Virus genome (UHGV): UHGV-0326994
Origin: a virus
Length of the DNA stretch: 64,000 nucleotides
Strand: one strand, 5' to 3'
Both the position numbers and the translations under genes were made by a program. Shown one piece after another: positions 18,154 to 28,253 of this stretch. The notes below the pieces were generated by a model that saw only the letters and a list, made by a program, of their open reading frames with translations, did not search any database and had not been told where the DNA came from. Each line of letters opens with the position of its first letter. The first letter of the stretch is position 1.

Positions 18154-19257
18154 TTAGTCTTTAGCGTCAGCACGAACATCTACCAGCAACTGAGGACGAG
18201 TACAGTATGGCAGCATGTAAGAGTGAGCTTCGAAGTCAATACCTTCGTCACGGTCTTTTTCGTATTCGAATACGTACAGTTCCTGACCAAGTGTATTTGC
18301 GTAACCCATCTTAGGACATGGACCATAAGCCACTTCGAAGATGTTGTTTGCTTCACCCAGCATAGAAACGTTAGGGAAGGCATGACCAACACCAACAGTT
18401 GCTGCTGCACCATCAATGCTCACCAGAGTGTGAACCTTACCGCGCTTGTCTTTGAACTTACCGTTGTACTGGACAAACTTAACACCACCGTAGTAGAAGG
18501 TGTTCATATGAGCCTGAACGCCGTCAGTACCACCAGTTCTCAGAGAACCAGTAATCTGTTGCCAAGCCAGCGGAGTCTGCTGTGCAAGATAAGCATCACG
18601 AATCTTAGGATGTTTAGTCAGCTTGCTGAAGAACACACGGTCAACAACTACGTGAATTTCTTCACCGTTGATTACAGTGCCAGTCTTAGCTTCATCTTCC
18701 ATGTGCATACGCAGTTCTTCAATAGAAGCATCGATATCAGCATTAGGGTTGTCAAGGTCGAAGTAAACAGTCTTCTTCTCAACATCGAACTGCTTGTACA
18801 GGTCAGCGTACAGAGTACCACGAGCATCGACAACTTTACCCTTCAGAGCTTGCATAAACAGGAACTCACGAGTAATATCGAACTTGGTACGAATCTTCAT
18901 CAGCTTCTTAGCACGTACTACAGCTTCAGTAGTAAGCTCGTTTGCAGTGCCTGGCTGACGTACACCCTGAATTTCATCAGGAGTGATGCTTTCAACTTCT
19001 TTGAAGTACATCATTGGGAAGCTGATTTGACGAACACGCTCAGGTGCGCTAGTCTCTGCTTTACGGCTGTCACGGTCTACCGCATCAAGCAAGCTAACAT
19101 CCCAATCAGTCAAGTCCATAAGGAAAGTAGTTTGGGTGATTGGTGCTGAACGGAACAGACCTAAGTTGGAAATATACCCATAAGTATTTGGGATAGACTG
19201 GACTTCACCAGTCAGGTCAGCAAGGAAAAATCTGCTTTTTTCAGAATTAGTCAACAT
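18154..19257 (-). CDS. major capsid protein
   Basis: 367 aa; follows decoration-like and protease genes; high codon-adapted composition. Confidence 0.7.
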   Translation of the reverse strand: MLTNSEKSRFFLADLTGEVQSIPNTYGYISNLGLFRSAPITQTTFLMDLTDWDVSLLDAVDRDSRKAETSAPERVRQISFPMMYFKEVESITPDEIQGVRQPGTANELTTEAVVRAKKLMKIRTKFDITREFLFMQALKGKVVDARGTLYADLYKQFDVEKKTVYFDLDNPNADIDASIEELRMHMEDEAKTGTVINGEEIHVVVDRVFFSKLTKHPKIRDAYLAQQTPLAWQQITGSLRTGGTDGVQAHMNTFYYGGVKFVQYNGKFKDKRGKVHTLVSIDGAAATVGVGHAFPNVSMLGEANNIFEVAYGPCPKMGYANTLGQELYVFEYEKDRDEGIDFEAHSYMLPYCTRPQLLVDVRADAKD

Positions 19258-19290
19258 TGTAAAATTCTCCAGAATGTCTTATTATTGTTA

Positions 19291-19668
19291 TTACAGGCCA
19301 GTTGGTACGAAATCAATACCTTTAGCAGCCAGAGCTGTCTTGACTGCATCAGCATCAACACCTGATTCAAGAGTAAGCAGGTCTTTTAGCTCTGCGTCAC
19401 GGTAAATACCAACAACTTTCAACTGACCGTGGTAAGACAGTTGCAGGTCTGCATAAAAGTTAACGATACATACTGAATCAGCCTGAGCTTCTTGCCCTGC
19501 TGTAACCTTAGTACCGTCTGCTTTCAGAACTTCACCTACACGGTATTCTGTTGAAGCAACCGGAGTGTACTCTTTACGAGAGTGGCCTGTTGGGGTAATC
19601 TGTTCCCAAAGAATGATATCATTCAGAGGTTCTCTTTTACCTAACTTAGTAAAACCTTGATATGCCAT
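19291..19668 (-). CDS. head decoration protein (putative)
   Basis: 125 aa ORF directly upstream of major capsid gene. Confidence 0.45.
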   Translation of the reverse strand: MAYQGFTKLGKREPLNDIILWEQITPTGHSRKEYTPVASTEYRVGEVLKADGTKVTAGQEAQADSVCIVNFYADLQLSYHGQLKVVGIYRDAELKDLLTLESGVDADAVKTALAAKGIDFVPTGL

Positions 19669-19679
19669 TATTGTGTTCC

Positions 19680-21026
19680 TTATTTGATAAGAGATTTTAG
19701 AGCATTCTGGAGAGCCAGTTTGCGTTGTTCAGCGGTGTCTTCGGAAGCATTCTTAGCTGGTTCTTTTTCTTCTTCAACCAAATCAGCTTCGCCGTCATTA
19801 CCCACTTCTTCCATAGCATTGGAATGTTCAAGAACAGCACCAGCAGTTTCTTTCAGCTTGGTAATTTCTGATTCTTTTTCTTCCATTGCAGAAGCATGGG
19901 ACGCGATAGTTTCATTAAGTTTCTGGTTAGCACCTTCCATAGCATTCATAAACAGAACACTCAGAGGGTTATCAAGACCAGCACCTAAAATAGTCGTTGC
20001 AGCTTCTTTTGCGTCAAATCCAAAAGCTTCAGCAGAAGCAGAAATCTTATTAGTCAAATCTGACAAAGCAGCTTCCTGTTCTTTAGCTTTCATTTGAGCA
20101 ACCTGAAGACGCAAAGCTTCTAGTTCTTGCTTTTCTTGTTCAGTCATTTCTTCACCTGAATTGTTAACGTTTAAACTTACAGGAGCCTCTTCAGAACCTT
20201 GTAAGTAATTTAAGAAATCATCTTGAGACATGATTGAGTTAATTAAACCAAGTTCAAGAGCTTCCTGAGCAGAATAAACATTCGCCTCAGTATTCTTTAC
20301 AGCTTCTTCAGAGAGATTACGCGATTCAGCTACAAATCCTGTAAAGGTTGCGTAGGTATCATTAATTCTCTTTTGAAGTCTTTCTTTGCTTTCTTCTGAA
20401 AGTGCTTGGAATGGTGAACCCATACCTTTAAACTCACCAGCTTTGATGACGTTAATTGTTACGCCATTCTTTTCAAATGCCTTAGTTAATTCCTGATGAA
20501 CCATGATTACACCAATAGAACCAACATCTGCATCTGGTGATGCAATAATTTCTTCAGCAGAAGATGCAAGAGCGTATGCAGCGGAACAAGCGAACTCATC
20601 TACATAGGCAATAATTTTCTTTTGGCCTCTTGAAGCCATGATGTGACGTGCTAATTCAAAGCAACCTGAAGCTTCACCACCACCAGAATCGATGTGCAGA
20701 ACAATAGTCTTGATTGACTCATCTGCTAAAGCTTCGTCAAAGCCTCTACGTAAACCTTCGTAAGAGCTTAAGCCACCTGTACACATTGCATCAATGAATG
20801 TCATACGATGGGTTAAACCACCCATAATAGGGATAATAGCAATATCATCTTTTACTTTTAAAAGACTTCTTGCTTCACCTTTGGGTTTATCAAAGTTTAC
20901 TGCTGCTTGGACATCACCCAGCAATCTGTTATTCACATAAGTTGCTGCTGAGTGAGCTAATGATTCAGTGGCTAGTAAAGGTTGGTTGAATAATCTATCA
21001 GCAAGTCTGAAGATATTCGAACTCAT
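19680..21026 (-). CDS. prohead protease/scaffold (S49 SppA-like peptidase)
   Basis: 448 aa; IVLHIDSGGGEASG...DEFACSAAYALASSA S49 motifs; acidic coiled-coil C-terminus typical of scaffold fusion. Confidence 0.7.
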   Translation of the reverse strand: MSSNIFRLADRLFNQPLLATESLAHSAATYVNNRLLGDVQAAVNFDKPKGEARSLLKVKDDIAIIPIMGGLTHRMTFIDAMCTGGLSSYEGLRRGFDEALADESIKTIVLHIDSGGGEASGCFELARHIMASRGQKKIIAYVDEFACSAAYALASSAEEIIASPDADVGSIGVIMVHQELTKAFEKNGVTINVIKAGEFKGMGSPFQALSEESKERLQKRINDTYATFTGFVAESRNLSEEAVKNTEANVYSAQEALELGLINSIMSQDDFLNYLQGSEEAPVSLNVNNSGEEMTEQEKQELEALRLQVAQMKAKEQEAALSDLTNKISASAEAFGFDAKEAATTILGAGLDNPLSVLFMNAMEGANQKLNETIASHASAMEEKESEITKLKETAGAVLEHSNAMEEVGNDGEADLVEEEKEPAKNASEDTAEQRKLALQNALKSLIK

Positions 21027-21037
21027 TTTTACTCACC

Positions 21038-21370
21038 CTATTTGTTTAAATCTACAGAGACTGAAGAGATAACATAGATACCTTCTTCAGCAAAGAATTG
21101 AGGTTTGCTAAGAGCACCAGTTGCCACGCATTTATCGTTAGCATCCCACAAGCTATAGTGTGAGACCGTTGCAGAAGCTGGAACAGTAATATTAACTGTG
21201 TCTTCTGAGGCAATTAAGCCATTATCCGGTTCAGAAAAATAAATAGCCACTGGCTGAGTAACCTTATTTGCTGTAGGGTCTGCCGTTGGGTCTACATTGT
21301 GTAAAATAATAGTCGTTGGGGTTAGCGTGGCGAGGATTTTATTCTTACCATCAATAGTTAATGTTCCCAT
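21038..21370 (-). CDS. hypothetical head-module protein
   Basis: 110 aa ORF. Confidence 0.3.
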   Translation of the reverse strand: MGTLTIDGKNKILATLTPTTIILHNVDPTADPTANKVTQPVAIYFSEPDNGLIASEDTVNITVPASATVSHYSLWDANDKCVATGALSKPQFFAEEGIYVISSVSVDLNK

Positions 21371-21870
21371 TAATTAAACCTTACTTTTTGTTTAAGGACT
21401 GTTGAATGGTTACCAGATTCATCTACCACATTTACAATCATATCATATACTTTACCTTTGACAAGTACTTTGTAATCATTTTGTGAAAAAATGTATTCAA
21501 GTCTGTTTGTTTCTTTATTAACTGTCATTGGAGATTGAAATGCAGTGTCGAGGGTAATGAAAGCGGCTTCAATGCTATTAACATTGATACGTTTATTCTC
21601 GCAGTTATATAACTTTACACCCAAAAGGCATGAACTGTCAAATGGAATTTTAACAATTTCACTACAATTTCCTGAAATAAACGATTTTCCACTCATTGGT
21701 GCATCAAGTAACCTACAAATAGTGAAAACGTCAGAGGTTCCCCCATCACTAACATAACCTGAAAGGTTGACCCTTGAGCCAACCTCTACAGATAACTTGT
21801 CAGTGATGATAAGAACACCTCTATACGAATGCACTCGTGTAGCATTTGAAATAGAGATAACTTCAGCCAT
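21370..21870 (-). CDS. hypothetical head-module protein
   Basis: 166 aa ORF between portal and protease. Confidence 0.3.
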   Translation of the reverse strand: MAEVISISNATRVHSYRGVLIITDKLSVEVGSRVNLSGYVSDGGTSDVFTICRLLDAPMSGKSFISGNCSEIVKIPFDSSCLLGVKLYNCENKRINVNSIEAAFITLDTAFQSPMTVNKETNRLEYIFSQNDYKVLVKGKVYDMIVNVVDESGNHSTVLKQKVRFN

Positions 21871-23345
21871 TATTTATTTGCCTTATTTGCTGTGCTTGGG
21901 TCTTTCGCTGAAGGTGTCTTTGCAGTACCTTCTCCAGCGGTCTTATAACCATCTCCTGAGCGGCTTTGGCTATTTGGAGAAAGCTTCTCAGATACTGGTT
22001 GAGACTCATCAGCAGGAGGAAGACCAATATGCTCTCTAAGCTTGTTAGATAGCTCTTTGTCAACTTCCAAAGCACCTACTGCAACAGTCTTCTGGATATA
22101 AGAACCAATTACTTCAAGGTCTGGAGTTTCGATATCATCATATGTAATCTGCACATGTTCTTCATCATCCCACATATTAAGAGCATAAGTCTGTGCAACT
22201 AAATCACGGTTAATTACGTTCTTAATTTGCTTCAGCAGAATATCTACTGACATTGCCAGTAAGCTTGTCTTAGAATCTGCAAGAGAGAATGAACCATATT
22301 TTGACTGACCCATAGCAAGAACATCTGACATGAATGCCATCATAATCTGCTTGGAATATCTGTCAATGATAGAACCTGTGTCATATGCTTTAGCACCCTG
22401 TCTAGAAACTAATGAGAACTCAAAAATATCCTCTTTAGTATCTGGGTCGATATATCTAGGCCAGATTAAACCTGCTCTATCATTAGCAATCATGTCATTG
22501 ACAACAGTTTTGCAGTATTGTACGAAAGCTTTCTTTTCAGGTTCTGCGTTTTCATCGAGATAATCTGGTGGTAAACCAATCTTTGGCATACCTACCAAGT
22601 CTCTTGAAACACCAACAGCTTCATACTCTTCAATCTGTACTTTATACTTCCACGGTACATAAGCATTAAGTAATGGTGAACGACCTTCTGGGTTTCCATA
22701 TTCATCATCATACTTAAACAGCATGAATTTAGCTCGTGGAAGTTTTCTTGTTAGTGGTCTTTCTCCGAGATTAATTGCTCCAGCAATATGTGAAACATTT
22801 CTCAGATTCTGTCTAACACCAGTAACTTTTCTAAAGTCTTCGTCAAAATACCACTTATCAAGTGTTGACTGGTTTCTGATTGGTAATTTAGCCCATCCGA
22901 TTAAACCATCATCAAATTTTGACTGGTACTTTCCTTTCTTACCCTGACGTTTCTTATAAACCTTTTCATTAACACAGAACCCATAAGTGCAGAATGACAT
23001 TACAGAATTAATAAAATCTGCCCAATCATGCTCCATGTCATCCATTAAAGAATTAAAGAAGTCTGCTCTTTCAAGCATTTTAGGGTCTTGCTCTTTTCCC
23101 TTTGGAGGTACGAATCTCCAGTTGACTTTTCTGACAAACATCTTAATAATATTTACAGATGCTGCTACAGCAGGGTCACGCATCATTAATTGGAAAGTTT
23201 TAATACTTTCAGGGAACCTTAGTGCCTGACGAGGTTCTTCATAGATTCTTCCATTCTTAACCTTCAGACCCAAAGAACCTACTTCACCCATTCTAAATGG
23301 TGGTAAGCTTTCTTGTGTTTCTGTAATATCTGCCATTCTTCTCAC
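21870..23345 (-). CDS. portal protein (putative)
   Basis: 491 aa directly downstream of large terminase; start may be the internal MADITE codon. Confidence 0.6.
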   Translation of the reverse strand: MRRMADITETQESLPPFRMGEVGSLGLKVKNGRIYEEPRQALRFPESIKTFQLMMRDPAVAASVNIIKMFVRKVNWRFVPPKGKEQDPKMLERADFFNSLMDDMEHDWADFINSVMSFCTYGFCVNEKVYKKRQGKKGKYQSKFDDGLIGWAKLPIRNQSTLDKWYFDEDFRKVTGVRQNLRNVSHIAGAINLGERPLTRKLPRAKFMLFKYDDEYGNPEGRSPLLNAYVPWKYKVQIEEYEAVGVSRDLVGMPKIGLPPDYLDENAEPEKKAFVQYCKTVVNDMIANDRAGLIWPRYIDPDTKEDIFEFSLVSRQGAKAYDTGSIIDRYSKQIMMAFMSDVLAMGQSKYGSFSLADSKTSLLAMSVDILLKQIKNVINRDLVAQTYALNMWDDEEHVQITYDDIETPDLEVIGSYIQKTVAVGALEVDKELSNKLREHIGLPPADESQPVSEKLSPNSQSRSGDGYKTAGEGTAKTPSAKDPSTANKANK

Positions 23346-23352
23346 CTAGCTA

Positions 23353-24969
23353 TCAACGTCTAAGCCCCTCATATGGGTTTCCCCTCACTAAGTCTGTGTG
23401 AGCGCCCATTGATGGTGGCTTGAATAATTTAACTTCGTTAAGACTGTTGAAAGCATCACTGGTAGCATCCACTTGGTCATCTTTAGTTTTACCATCACCA
23501 CAAAAGCCTTCAAGCTCTTGGAAGTAAGCTTCATTCCAACTACCTCTCAAGACTTTTACAAGCCCAGCTTCAGAAGCAGCAGAAAACCCCGCAAATCGGG
23601 TAACTTTGTCTTTGTTTGTTGGTTTAGCTCTTGCTCGATAACCTTTCTCGGCAAGTTTCCTGATGAGGGATGTTGCGTAGGATTTACCAGCAGCGCCTGG
23701 GTCTTGAGGGATAAAAATACCAGTTCGCTTACCGTCACTTTCAGCAGTCAAATTAATTTGTGTTTCGACTCCAGAGGGTCTATCTCTAAATCTTACTACA
23801 TCAATGATATAATAGCAACCGTCTTTTTTAGATTTACCCATCTTAACACCTGCTGTCCAGTCTGGATTAGGGTTAATCTCAGATGGTAAAGTTGCTGCTA
23901 AGTCCCATGCTCTGACATCGAATATGTCTTCTGGGAGTGAATCAACAATCTCACACCACTGTCTTTGCCAATAGTTTGAACCTTCTGCACGAGCCTTCCA
24001 GTTACCGAAGCGAAGTCTTGCAACGTTTACAGGGGTGTTGTTTTCCAACTTACCACGATACTTTGGTTCTAAGAAGTCAAGAATTGGGTTATCATCAATC
24101 GTACCAGAGATGAAGGTGTATGTTTGAGGAATCTCAAGAGGGAACATTTCAAGAATCTTGTCTCTTTCCCAATCAGAGACCATCACACCATCATTCATCA
24201 CATACCAACGGATACGACCACACTTTTCAGGGTCTGGATAACCTTCTTCATCTAAGAATGGTTCTACCCAATCATAAATAAAATGGTCTCTGTCTGGGTT
24301 CATGGAAATCTTCATGTATGAGTCACCTTCAGCACCAGAACGTAGACGAGTCTGTAGGTATGAAATCTGTGAAGCAGAGAAGTGTGTACCTTCGTCAAAG
24401 TAAATAGCTGAGTACTCAATACCCTGATGACCTTCAGCGTGCTTTTCAAGTTCTAGATAGGTGAACTTGATAGTTGCCCCAGAAGGGAATGTGATAGTCA
24501 TCTTCTGCTCGTGAGGAACCCCACCAAACTTGCCAAACAGTTTCTTTGCAGCAGGCCACAAACCACCTTGTAACTGTGTCGTGTTTCGACGGAAATATAC
24601 AGCATTATAATTAGGGTCTTCGATAAATCTTAAAGAGTCCATTAATAATGCAGCAGTTTTACCAGCACCAGCAGCACCACCATATAGAACCAAGTCAGCA
24701 TTGGTATTTAAAAAGACCTCTTGAGAACCCGGCTGAGGGGCTACATAATTCTTATCAGTCATTAATTTGAAGATAAGTCTAACTTGGTCTGGTGTGTATC
24801 TTAATAAAGTCAGAATTTGAGTTGGAAGGAATTTAGAGGGGTCTTTACCGAATGATTTAATAATTTCTTTTACTTCATCAGAAAGCCCCAACTCTCCAGC
24901 TAGGACTTTCCTAACATCTTCCACTCGCTTCTGCTTAACAGCGTTTAAGTCCATTAAGCACCTCCGCAA
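23353..24969 (-). CDS. terminase large subunit
   Basis: 538 aa; Walker A VLYGGAAGAGKT; nuclease-type C-terminal region. Confidence 0.85.
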   Translation of the reverse strand: MRRCLMDLNAVKQKRVEDVRKVLAGELGLSDEVKEIIKSFGKDPSKFLPTQILTLLRYTPDQVRLIFKLMTDKNYVAPQPGSQEVFLNTNADLVLYGGAAGAGKTAALLMDSLRFIEDPNYNAVYFRRNTTQLQGGLWPAAKKLFGKFGGVPHEQKMTITFPSGATIKFTYLELEKHAEGHQGIEYSAIYFDEGTHFSASQISYLQTRLRSGAEGDSYMKISMNPDRDHFIYDWVEPFLDEEGYPDPEKCGRIRWYVMNDGVMVSDWERDKILEMFPLEIPQTYTFISGTIDDNPILDFLEPKYRGKLENNTPVNVARLRFGNWKARAEGSNYWQRQWCEIVDSLPEDIFDVRAWDLAATLPSEINPNPDWTAGVKMGKSKKDGCYYIIDVVRFRDRPSGVETQINLTAESDGKRTGIFIPQDPGAAGKSYATSLIRKLAEKGYRARAKPTNKDKVTRFAGFSAASEAGLVKVLRGSWNEAYFQELEGFCGDGKTKDDQVDATSDAFNSLNEVKLFKPPSMGAHTDLVRGNPYEGLRR

Positions 24970-24975
24970 ATAGAA

Positions 24976-25176
24976 TTATTCAGAGTCTGTAGCAGTCTCT
25001 TCTTTCTTAACTTTGAACTTTGCATCAACAGCATCAAGAAGTTCATCCATAGATGCTTCTTTGATATCGATACCAGTGGCTACAGATAGTCTGTCTGCAA
25101 TTGCCATGATAGTATTCTGCATAAACTCTAACTTCTTGTTAGCTTCATAAAGTTCTTTATAAACGGTCTCGCTCAT
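24976..25176 (-). CDS. small protein upstream of terminase (function unknown)
   Basis: 66 aa; RBS GGAGAAAACATAATG; preceded by terminator hairpin. Confidence 0.35.
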   Translation of the reverse strand: MSETVYKELYEANKKLEFMQNTIMAIADRLSVATGIDIKEASMDELLDAVDAKFKVKKEETATDSE

Positions 25177-25210
25177 TATGTTTTCTCCAAATAATTAATT
25201 TTGTTTCTCC

Positions 25211-25236
25211 TTAAAAAAGACGGCACAGAGACCGTC
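25211..25236 (-). terminator. terminator hairpin upstream of the 24976-25176 gene
   Basis: gacggc-acagag-accgtc followed on the minus strand by TTTTTTAAGGAG. Confidence 0.55.
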
Positions 25237-25398
25237 AAGAAGAAACCACAATGTACGTCAGAGACATACTGTATAAGGCTTCTTATAAAGTATAACTCTG
25301 TAAAAAAGCCCTGTCTAAAAATACTCTTCGGTAGCGAAAGGAAGAATACTTATAGCAGGGCGTTATTATTATTTTAATTGAGAGAGAGTAAAATAACT

Positions 25399-25474
25399 TG
25401 GAGAATCCGAAGGGACTCGAACCCTTATAAACCTGTTTTGCAGACAGGCACATAGCCATTTCTGTCACGGATTC
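25399..25474 (-). tRNA. tRNA-Cys (anticodon GCA)
   Basis: Hand-folded cloverleaf; anticodon loop CTGCAAA; T-arm GGGTTCGAGTCCC; CCA encoded. Confidence 0.75.
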
Positions 25475-25478
25475 AAAT

Positions 25479-25571
25479 TGGAGGAAGATACCAGACTTGA
25501 ACTGGTACACCGATTTCTCAGCTACTGGCAGTTTAGCAAACTGCTCCCTTACCTTTTAGGGTTAATCTTCC
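25479..25571 (-). tRNA. tRNA-Ser (anticodon GCU), class II
   Basis: 93 nt; acceptor GGAAGAT/ATCTTCC; anticodon loop TTGCTAA; long variable arm; CCA encoded. Confidence 0.65.
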
Positions 25572-25572
25572 A

Positions 25573-26307
25573 TTATTTCTGTAATGCGCTCTTCATTTCT
25601 GGTGTTGCAATAGTGTCAATCACACCAGTTTTACAAGCATCATCAAACCAGTCTGGTAAGATACCTGCTAAGAACCCATTGATATTCGTTTTAAGGTACT
25701 CTGCAATAAGGGCAGCTTCTTCTTCAATCATTTGCACAACTTCATCTGCATAAGCTGTAATCTTTGAGATACCTTCATTAATCTTACTAACAGCCTGATT
25801 AGCTAAATCAGAAACAGTATCAAGACCTTTGTCAATAGCATCTTGTAAGTCACTTAATACGTCATTGACGCTGTCTAATGTGCCGTTAATAGCATCAATA
25901 GCTTTTTGACCATACTCTGTAGCAACACCCATGATACCGCTGAATGGTGTACAACCAACTTGTTCTCCCGCTGCACCCATAACATTGGAATACCCCTTTG
26001 CTACCTGCATACGTGATGAAAACTCGTCAATAGACTTTTGACCGTAGTCTGTTAGGGTCTTAGTAGTTGCTGTAGTGCTTGTCAGACTAGTTGTAAAGCT
26101 GTTTAGAAGGACTGTTGTAAGTCCAGCGGCAACAAGTTTTTCCTTCATTGTAGGGTCTGTTACAGAGCTAATAGAGCTTACAAGTGATGTAGAGGCAGAT
26201 ACGGTTCCACCGAGAACTGCTGCACCAGTAATAAGTGGGTTAGAAAACCCTTTACCGGTTTTTAAGAGATTAAAAATCTCCTTACCTTGTTCTGTCATCT
26301 CTTTCAT
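25573..26307 (-). CDS. hypothetical S/T-rich protein embedded in tRNA array
   Basis: 244 aa ORF between tRNA-Ser and tRNA-Phe. Confidence 0.4.
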   Translation of the reverse strand: MKEMTEQGKEIFNLLKTGKGFSNPLITGAAVLGGTVSASTSLVSSISSVTDPTMKEKLVAAGLTTVLLNSFTTSLTSTTATTKTLTDYGQKSIDEFSSRMQVAKGYSNVMGAAGEQVGCTPFSGIMGVATEYGQKAIDAINGTLDSVNDVLSDLQDAIDKGLDTVSDLANQAVSKINEGISKITAYADEVVQMIEEEAALIAEYLKTNINGFLAGILPDWFDDACKTGVIDTIATPEMKSALQK

Positions 26308-26323
26308 TAAGCACCTTTAAAAT

Positions 26324-26399
26324 TGGTAGTCCAGTGGGATTTGAACCCTCTTCTCATGTTTTTCAGACACGCGCTTTAACCATATAAGCTACTTGGACT
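26324..26399 (-). tRNA. tRNA-Phe (anticodon GAA)
   Basis: Anticodon loop CTGAAAA; T-arm GGGTTCAAATCCC; CCA encoded. Confidence 0.7.
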
Positions 26400-26405
26400 A
26401 TAAAT

Positions 26406-26481
26406 TGGGGTGACCTACGGGATTTGAACCCGTATAGACCATGTTCACAGCATGGGTCATTACCATTTATGATAAGGCCAC
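26406..26481 (-). tRNA. tRNA-His (anticodon GUG)
   Basis: Anticodon stem-loop CCATG CTGTGAA CATGG; discriminator C; CCA encoded. Confidence 0.7.
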
Positions 26482-26512
26482 ATTTAAGGACTCTCGTAAG
26501 AACCCTTAGAAG

Positions 26513-26588
26513 TGGCAGCGGCATAAGGATTTGAACCTTAATAGGACAGCTTCAGAGACTGTTGCATTGCCAGTTATGCTATACCGCT
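26513..26588 (-). tRNA. tRNA-Gln (anticodon CUG)
   Basis: Anticodon loop CTCTGAA; T-arm TAAGGTTCAAATCCTTA; CCA encoded. Confidence 0.65.
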
Positions 26589-26593
26589 AAATT

Positions 26594-26672
26594 TGGTACT
26601 CCATATCGGATTCGAACCGATACATAACACAGATTTTAAGTCTGGCCTCTCTGCCAATTGGAGTAATGGAGC
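26594..26672 (-). tRNA. tRNA with Leu-type anticodon UAA but class-I length (tentative)
   Basis: 79 nt; acceptor and T-arm good, CCA encoded, discriminator A; D-loop CAATTGGCAGA; 4 bp anticodon stem with loop CTTAAAA. Confidence 0.45.
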
Positions 26673-26674
26673 AT

Positions 26675-26750
26675 TGGCGGGGGATGTTGGAATTGAACCA
26701 ACTTCTTCGATTTCAAAGACCGAGGTTTTAACCTTGTAAACTAATCCCCT
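26675..26750 (-). tRNA. tRNA-Gln (anticodon UUG)
   Basis: Anticodon stem-loop TCGGT CTTTGAA ATCGA; A1-C72 mismatch; CCA encoded. Confidence 0.6.
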
Positions 26751-26758
26751 TTAAATCT

Positions 26759-27316
26759 TTACTTTCTTAGTGGATGAATAAAGAATGCCAACATAACTCT
26801 TTCCCTTGAGAATGCTCTTTCTTCTGGGACAACACTTTTAAGTTTCCATCCAACATAAATTCTCCAGTAGAATTGTTTACCAAAGATTTTAATTGACGGG
26901 ATAAAAGCGAATAAACCCCAAGCATTACTGTTCCACATTAGGAGATAACCTGTCTGATTATCTTCAGGGTTAGAACTTACGTTGATATTACCTTTCCACT
27001 TAGTAACATCTTTTACATCTCTTCCTAACACATGGTAAGAGAAGTTATAAGCTTTGTTTCTCCAGAGCCATCCAACTCTCTGCATGTAAACACCGAGCTT
27101 ACCAATCTTTCTAATCTTAGCCCATCGTTTGATATGACCTGCATCACCATCAATTGGGTTGTCATATGTCTCCATCCATCTGAAACCAAAAGGTAGATGG
27201 CCTTTCTTCTCACTGTAAAATGGGACTACGAAAGGTGCTAAGATAACTGCTAAGATTGCTGCAAATGGCTCTAACAAAGCTAAGAAAATCCATGAAGCAT
27301 ACTTAAAATATCTCAT
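26759..27316 (-). CDS. membrane protein embedded in tRNA array
   Basis: 185 aa; N-terminal hydrophobic segment WIFLALLEPFAAILAVILAPFVV. Confidence 0.4.
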   Translation of the reverse strand: MRYFKYASWIFLALLEPFAAILAVILAPFVVPFYSEKKGHLPFGFRWMETYDNPIDGDAGHIKRWAKIRKIGKLGVYMQRVGWLWRNKAYNFSYHVLGRDVKDVTKWKGNINVSSNPEDNQTGYLLMWNSNAWGLFAFIPSIKIFGKQFYWRIYVGWKLKSVVPEERAFSRERVMLAFFIHPLRK

Positions 27317-27555
27317 TGTCTAATCCTAGTAAGGAGGTAAACATTATTATCTGTTTCTGAGTTTTCTGGTAAAGCTGTCTCAAAATTGACGCTTTTAAAT
27401 TGTCTCCCACCAAAGTAATGACCAATAAATTTTTGTACTTTTATTGGGTCACATTCCCAGCCGACTTTCAAGAAAATGTGGGTATCTATAGTGGGAACCC
27501 TTACAAACTCAATGCTATTGGAATTTTCATGTTCAACGACTATTAACGTTTGCAT
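27313..27555 (-). CDS. hypothetical protein
   Basis: 80 aa ORF overlapping previous stop (ATGA). Confidence 0.35.
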   Translation of the reverse strand: MQTLIVVEHENSNSIEFVRVPTIDTHIFLKVGWECDPIKVQKFIGHYFGGRQFKSVNFETALPENSETDNNVYLLTRIRQ

Positions 27556-27573
27556 AAACCCCTCTTACTTGTC

Positions 27574-27649
27574 TGGCGCAGGATAAGGGATTCGAACCCC
27601 TATTAACAGCTTCGTAGACTGTTGCTCTATCCATTTGAACTAATCCTGC
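27574..27649 (-). tRNA. tRNA-Arg (anticodon ACG)
   Basis: Acceptor GCAGGAT/ATCCTGC; anticodon loop CTACGAA; CCA encoded. Confidence 0.75.
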
Positions 27650-27757
27650 TTACCTACGAGAACACCATACAGTTTTTCACAAACTTTGTTTTTACGTCTG
27701 TTTAGGTATGACGCTCTAAACTTTTTTGCGATGGACTTATTACTCATAGTGCTCTCC

Positions 27758-27835
27758 TAAAAAATTGGTGTTCCAAGACGGATTCGAACCGTCACTAGTA
27801 CAAGGTTTGAGCTTGCATCCTCTGCCAATTGGGAT
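27758..27835 (-). tRNA. tRNA with Leu anticodon CAA, class-I length
   Basis: 78 nt; D-arm TCC CAATTGGCAGA GGA; anticodon stem-loop GCAAG CTCAAAC CTTGT; discriminator A; CCA encoded; only ~6 nt variable loop. Confidence 0.55.
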
Positions 27836-27836
27836 A

Positions 27837-27911
27837 CTGGAACATGGTACTCACTAAAGGACTTGAACCTTTTTCTTCATCTTGTAAGGGTGGTGTTTTA
27901 CCATATAAACT
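27837..27911 (-). tRNA. tRNA-like gene, possible anticodon UAC (Val), weak anticodon stem
   Basis: Good acceptor (ACTCGCT/AGTGAGT), T-arm and CCA, but the anticodon stem pairs at only 3 of 5 positions. Confidence 0.4.
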
Positions 27912-28007
27912 AAGCGAGTGTGAAAGAGGTCTGAAGTTGTGCCACTAACTCAACTCCGTGGAATTTGTTACGGTCTTCAGTTGACTCAAAGTGGTCTTTC
28001 ACTTGAC

Positions 28008-28083
28008 CTCTGAATTGGTGCTCCCACAAGGATTCGAACCCTGATAAGTTGCTTACAAGGCAACCGTAATAGCCAATTATACG
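28008..28083 (-). tRNA. tRNA-Thr (anticodon UGU)
   Basis: Anticodon stem-loop GTTGC CTTGTAA GCAAC; CCA encoded. Confidence 0.7.
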
Positions 28084-28090
28084 ATAGGAG

Positions 28091-28165
28091 CATTAATTTG
28101 GAGCATCCAGAGGGAATCGAACCCTCAACCTCAGTTTGGAAGACTGTAATTTTCCCGTTTAAACT
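28091..28165 (-). tRNA. tRNA-Gly (anticodon UCC)
   Basis: Acceptor GCATCCA/TGGATGC; anticodon loop CTTCCAA; CCA encoded. Confidence 0.7.
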
Positions 28166-28171
28166 ATGGAT

Positions 28172-28247
28172 GCACTAATTGGTGGAGTCACTGAGAATTG
28201 AACTCAGTTCCCAAGTTTGCAAAACTCGAATTTTAACCATATAAACT
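28172..28247 (-). tRNA. tRNA-Ala (anticodon UGC)
   Basis: Acceptor GGGGTCA with G3-U70 pair typical of tRNA-Ala; anticodon loop TTTGCAA; CCA encoded. Confidence 0.7.
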
Positions 28248-28253
28248 ATGACC

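Noticed and set aside
18223-19149. 308 aa plus-strand ORF
   Set aside because: Lies entirely antisense within the major capsid gene; Cys/Phe-rich low-complexity translation typical of a shadow ORF
27912-28007. Possible extra tRNA between 27911 and 28008
   Set aside because: Contains an inverted repeat (ctgaag/cttcag) but no T-loop motif or acceptor pairing; not called
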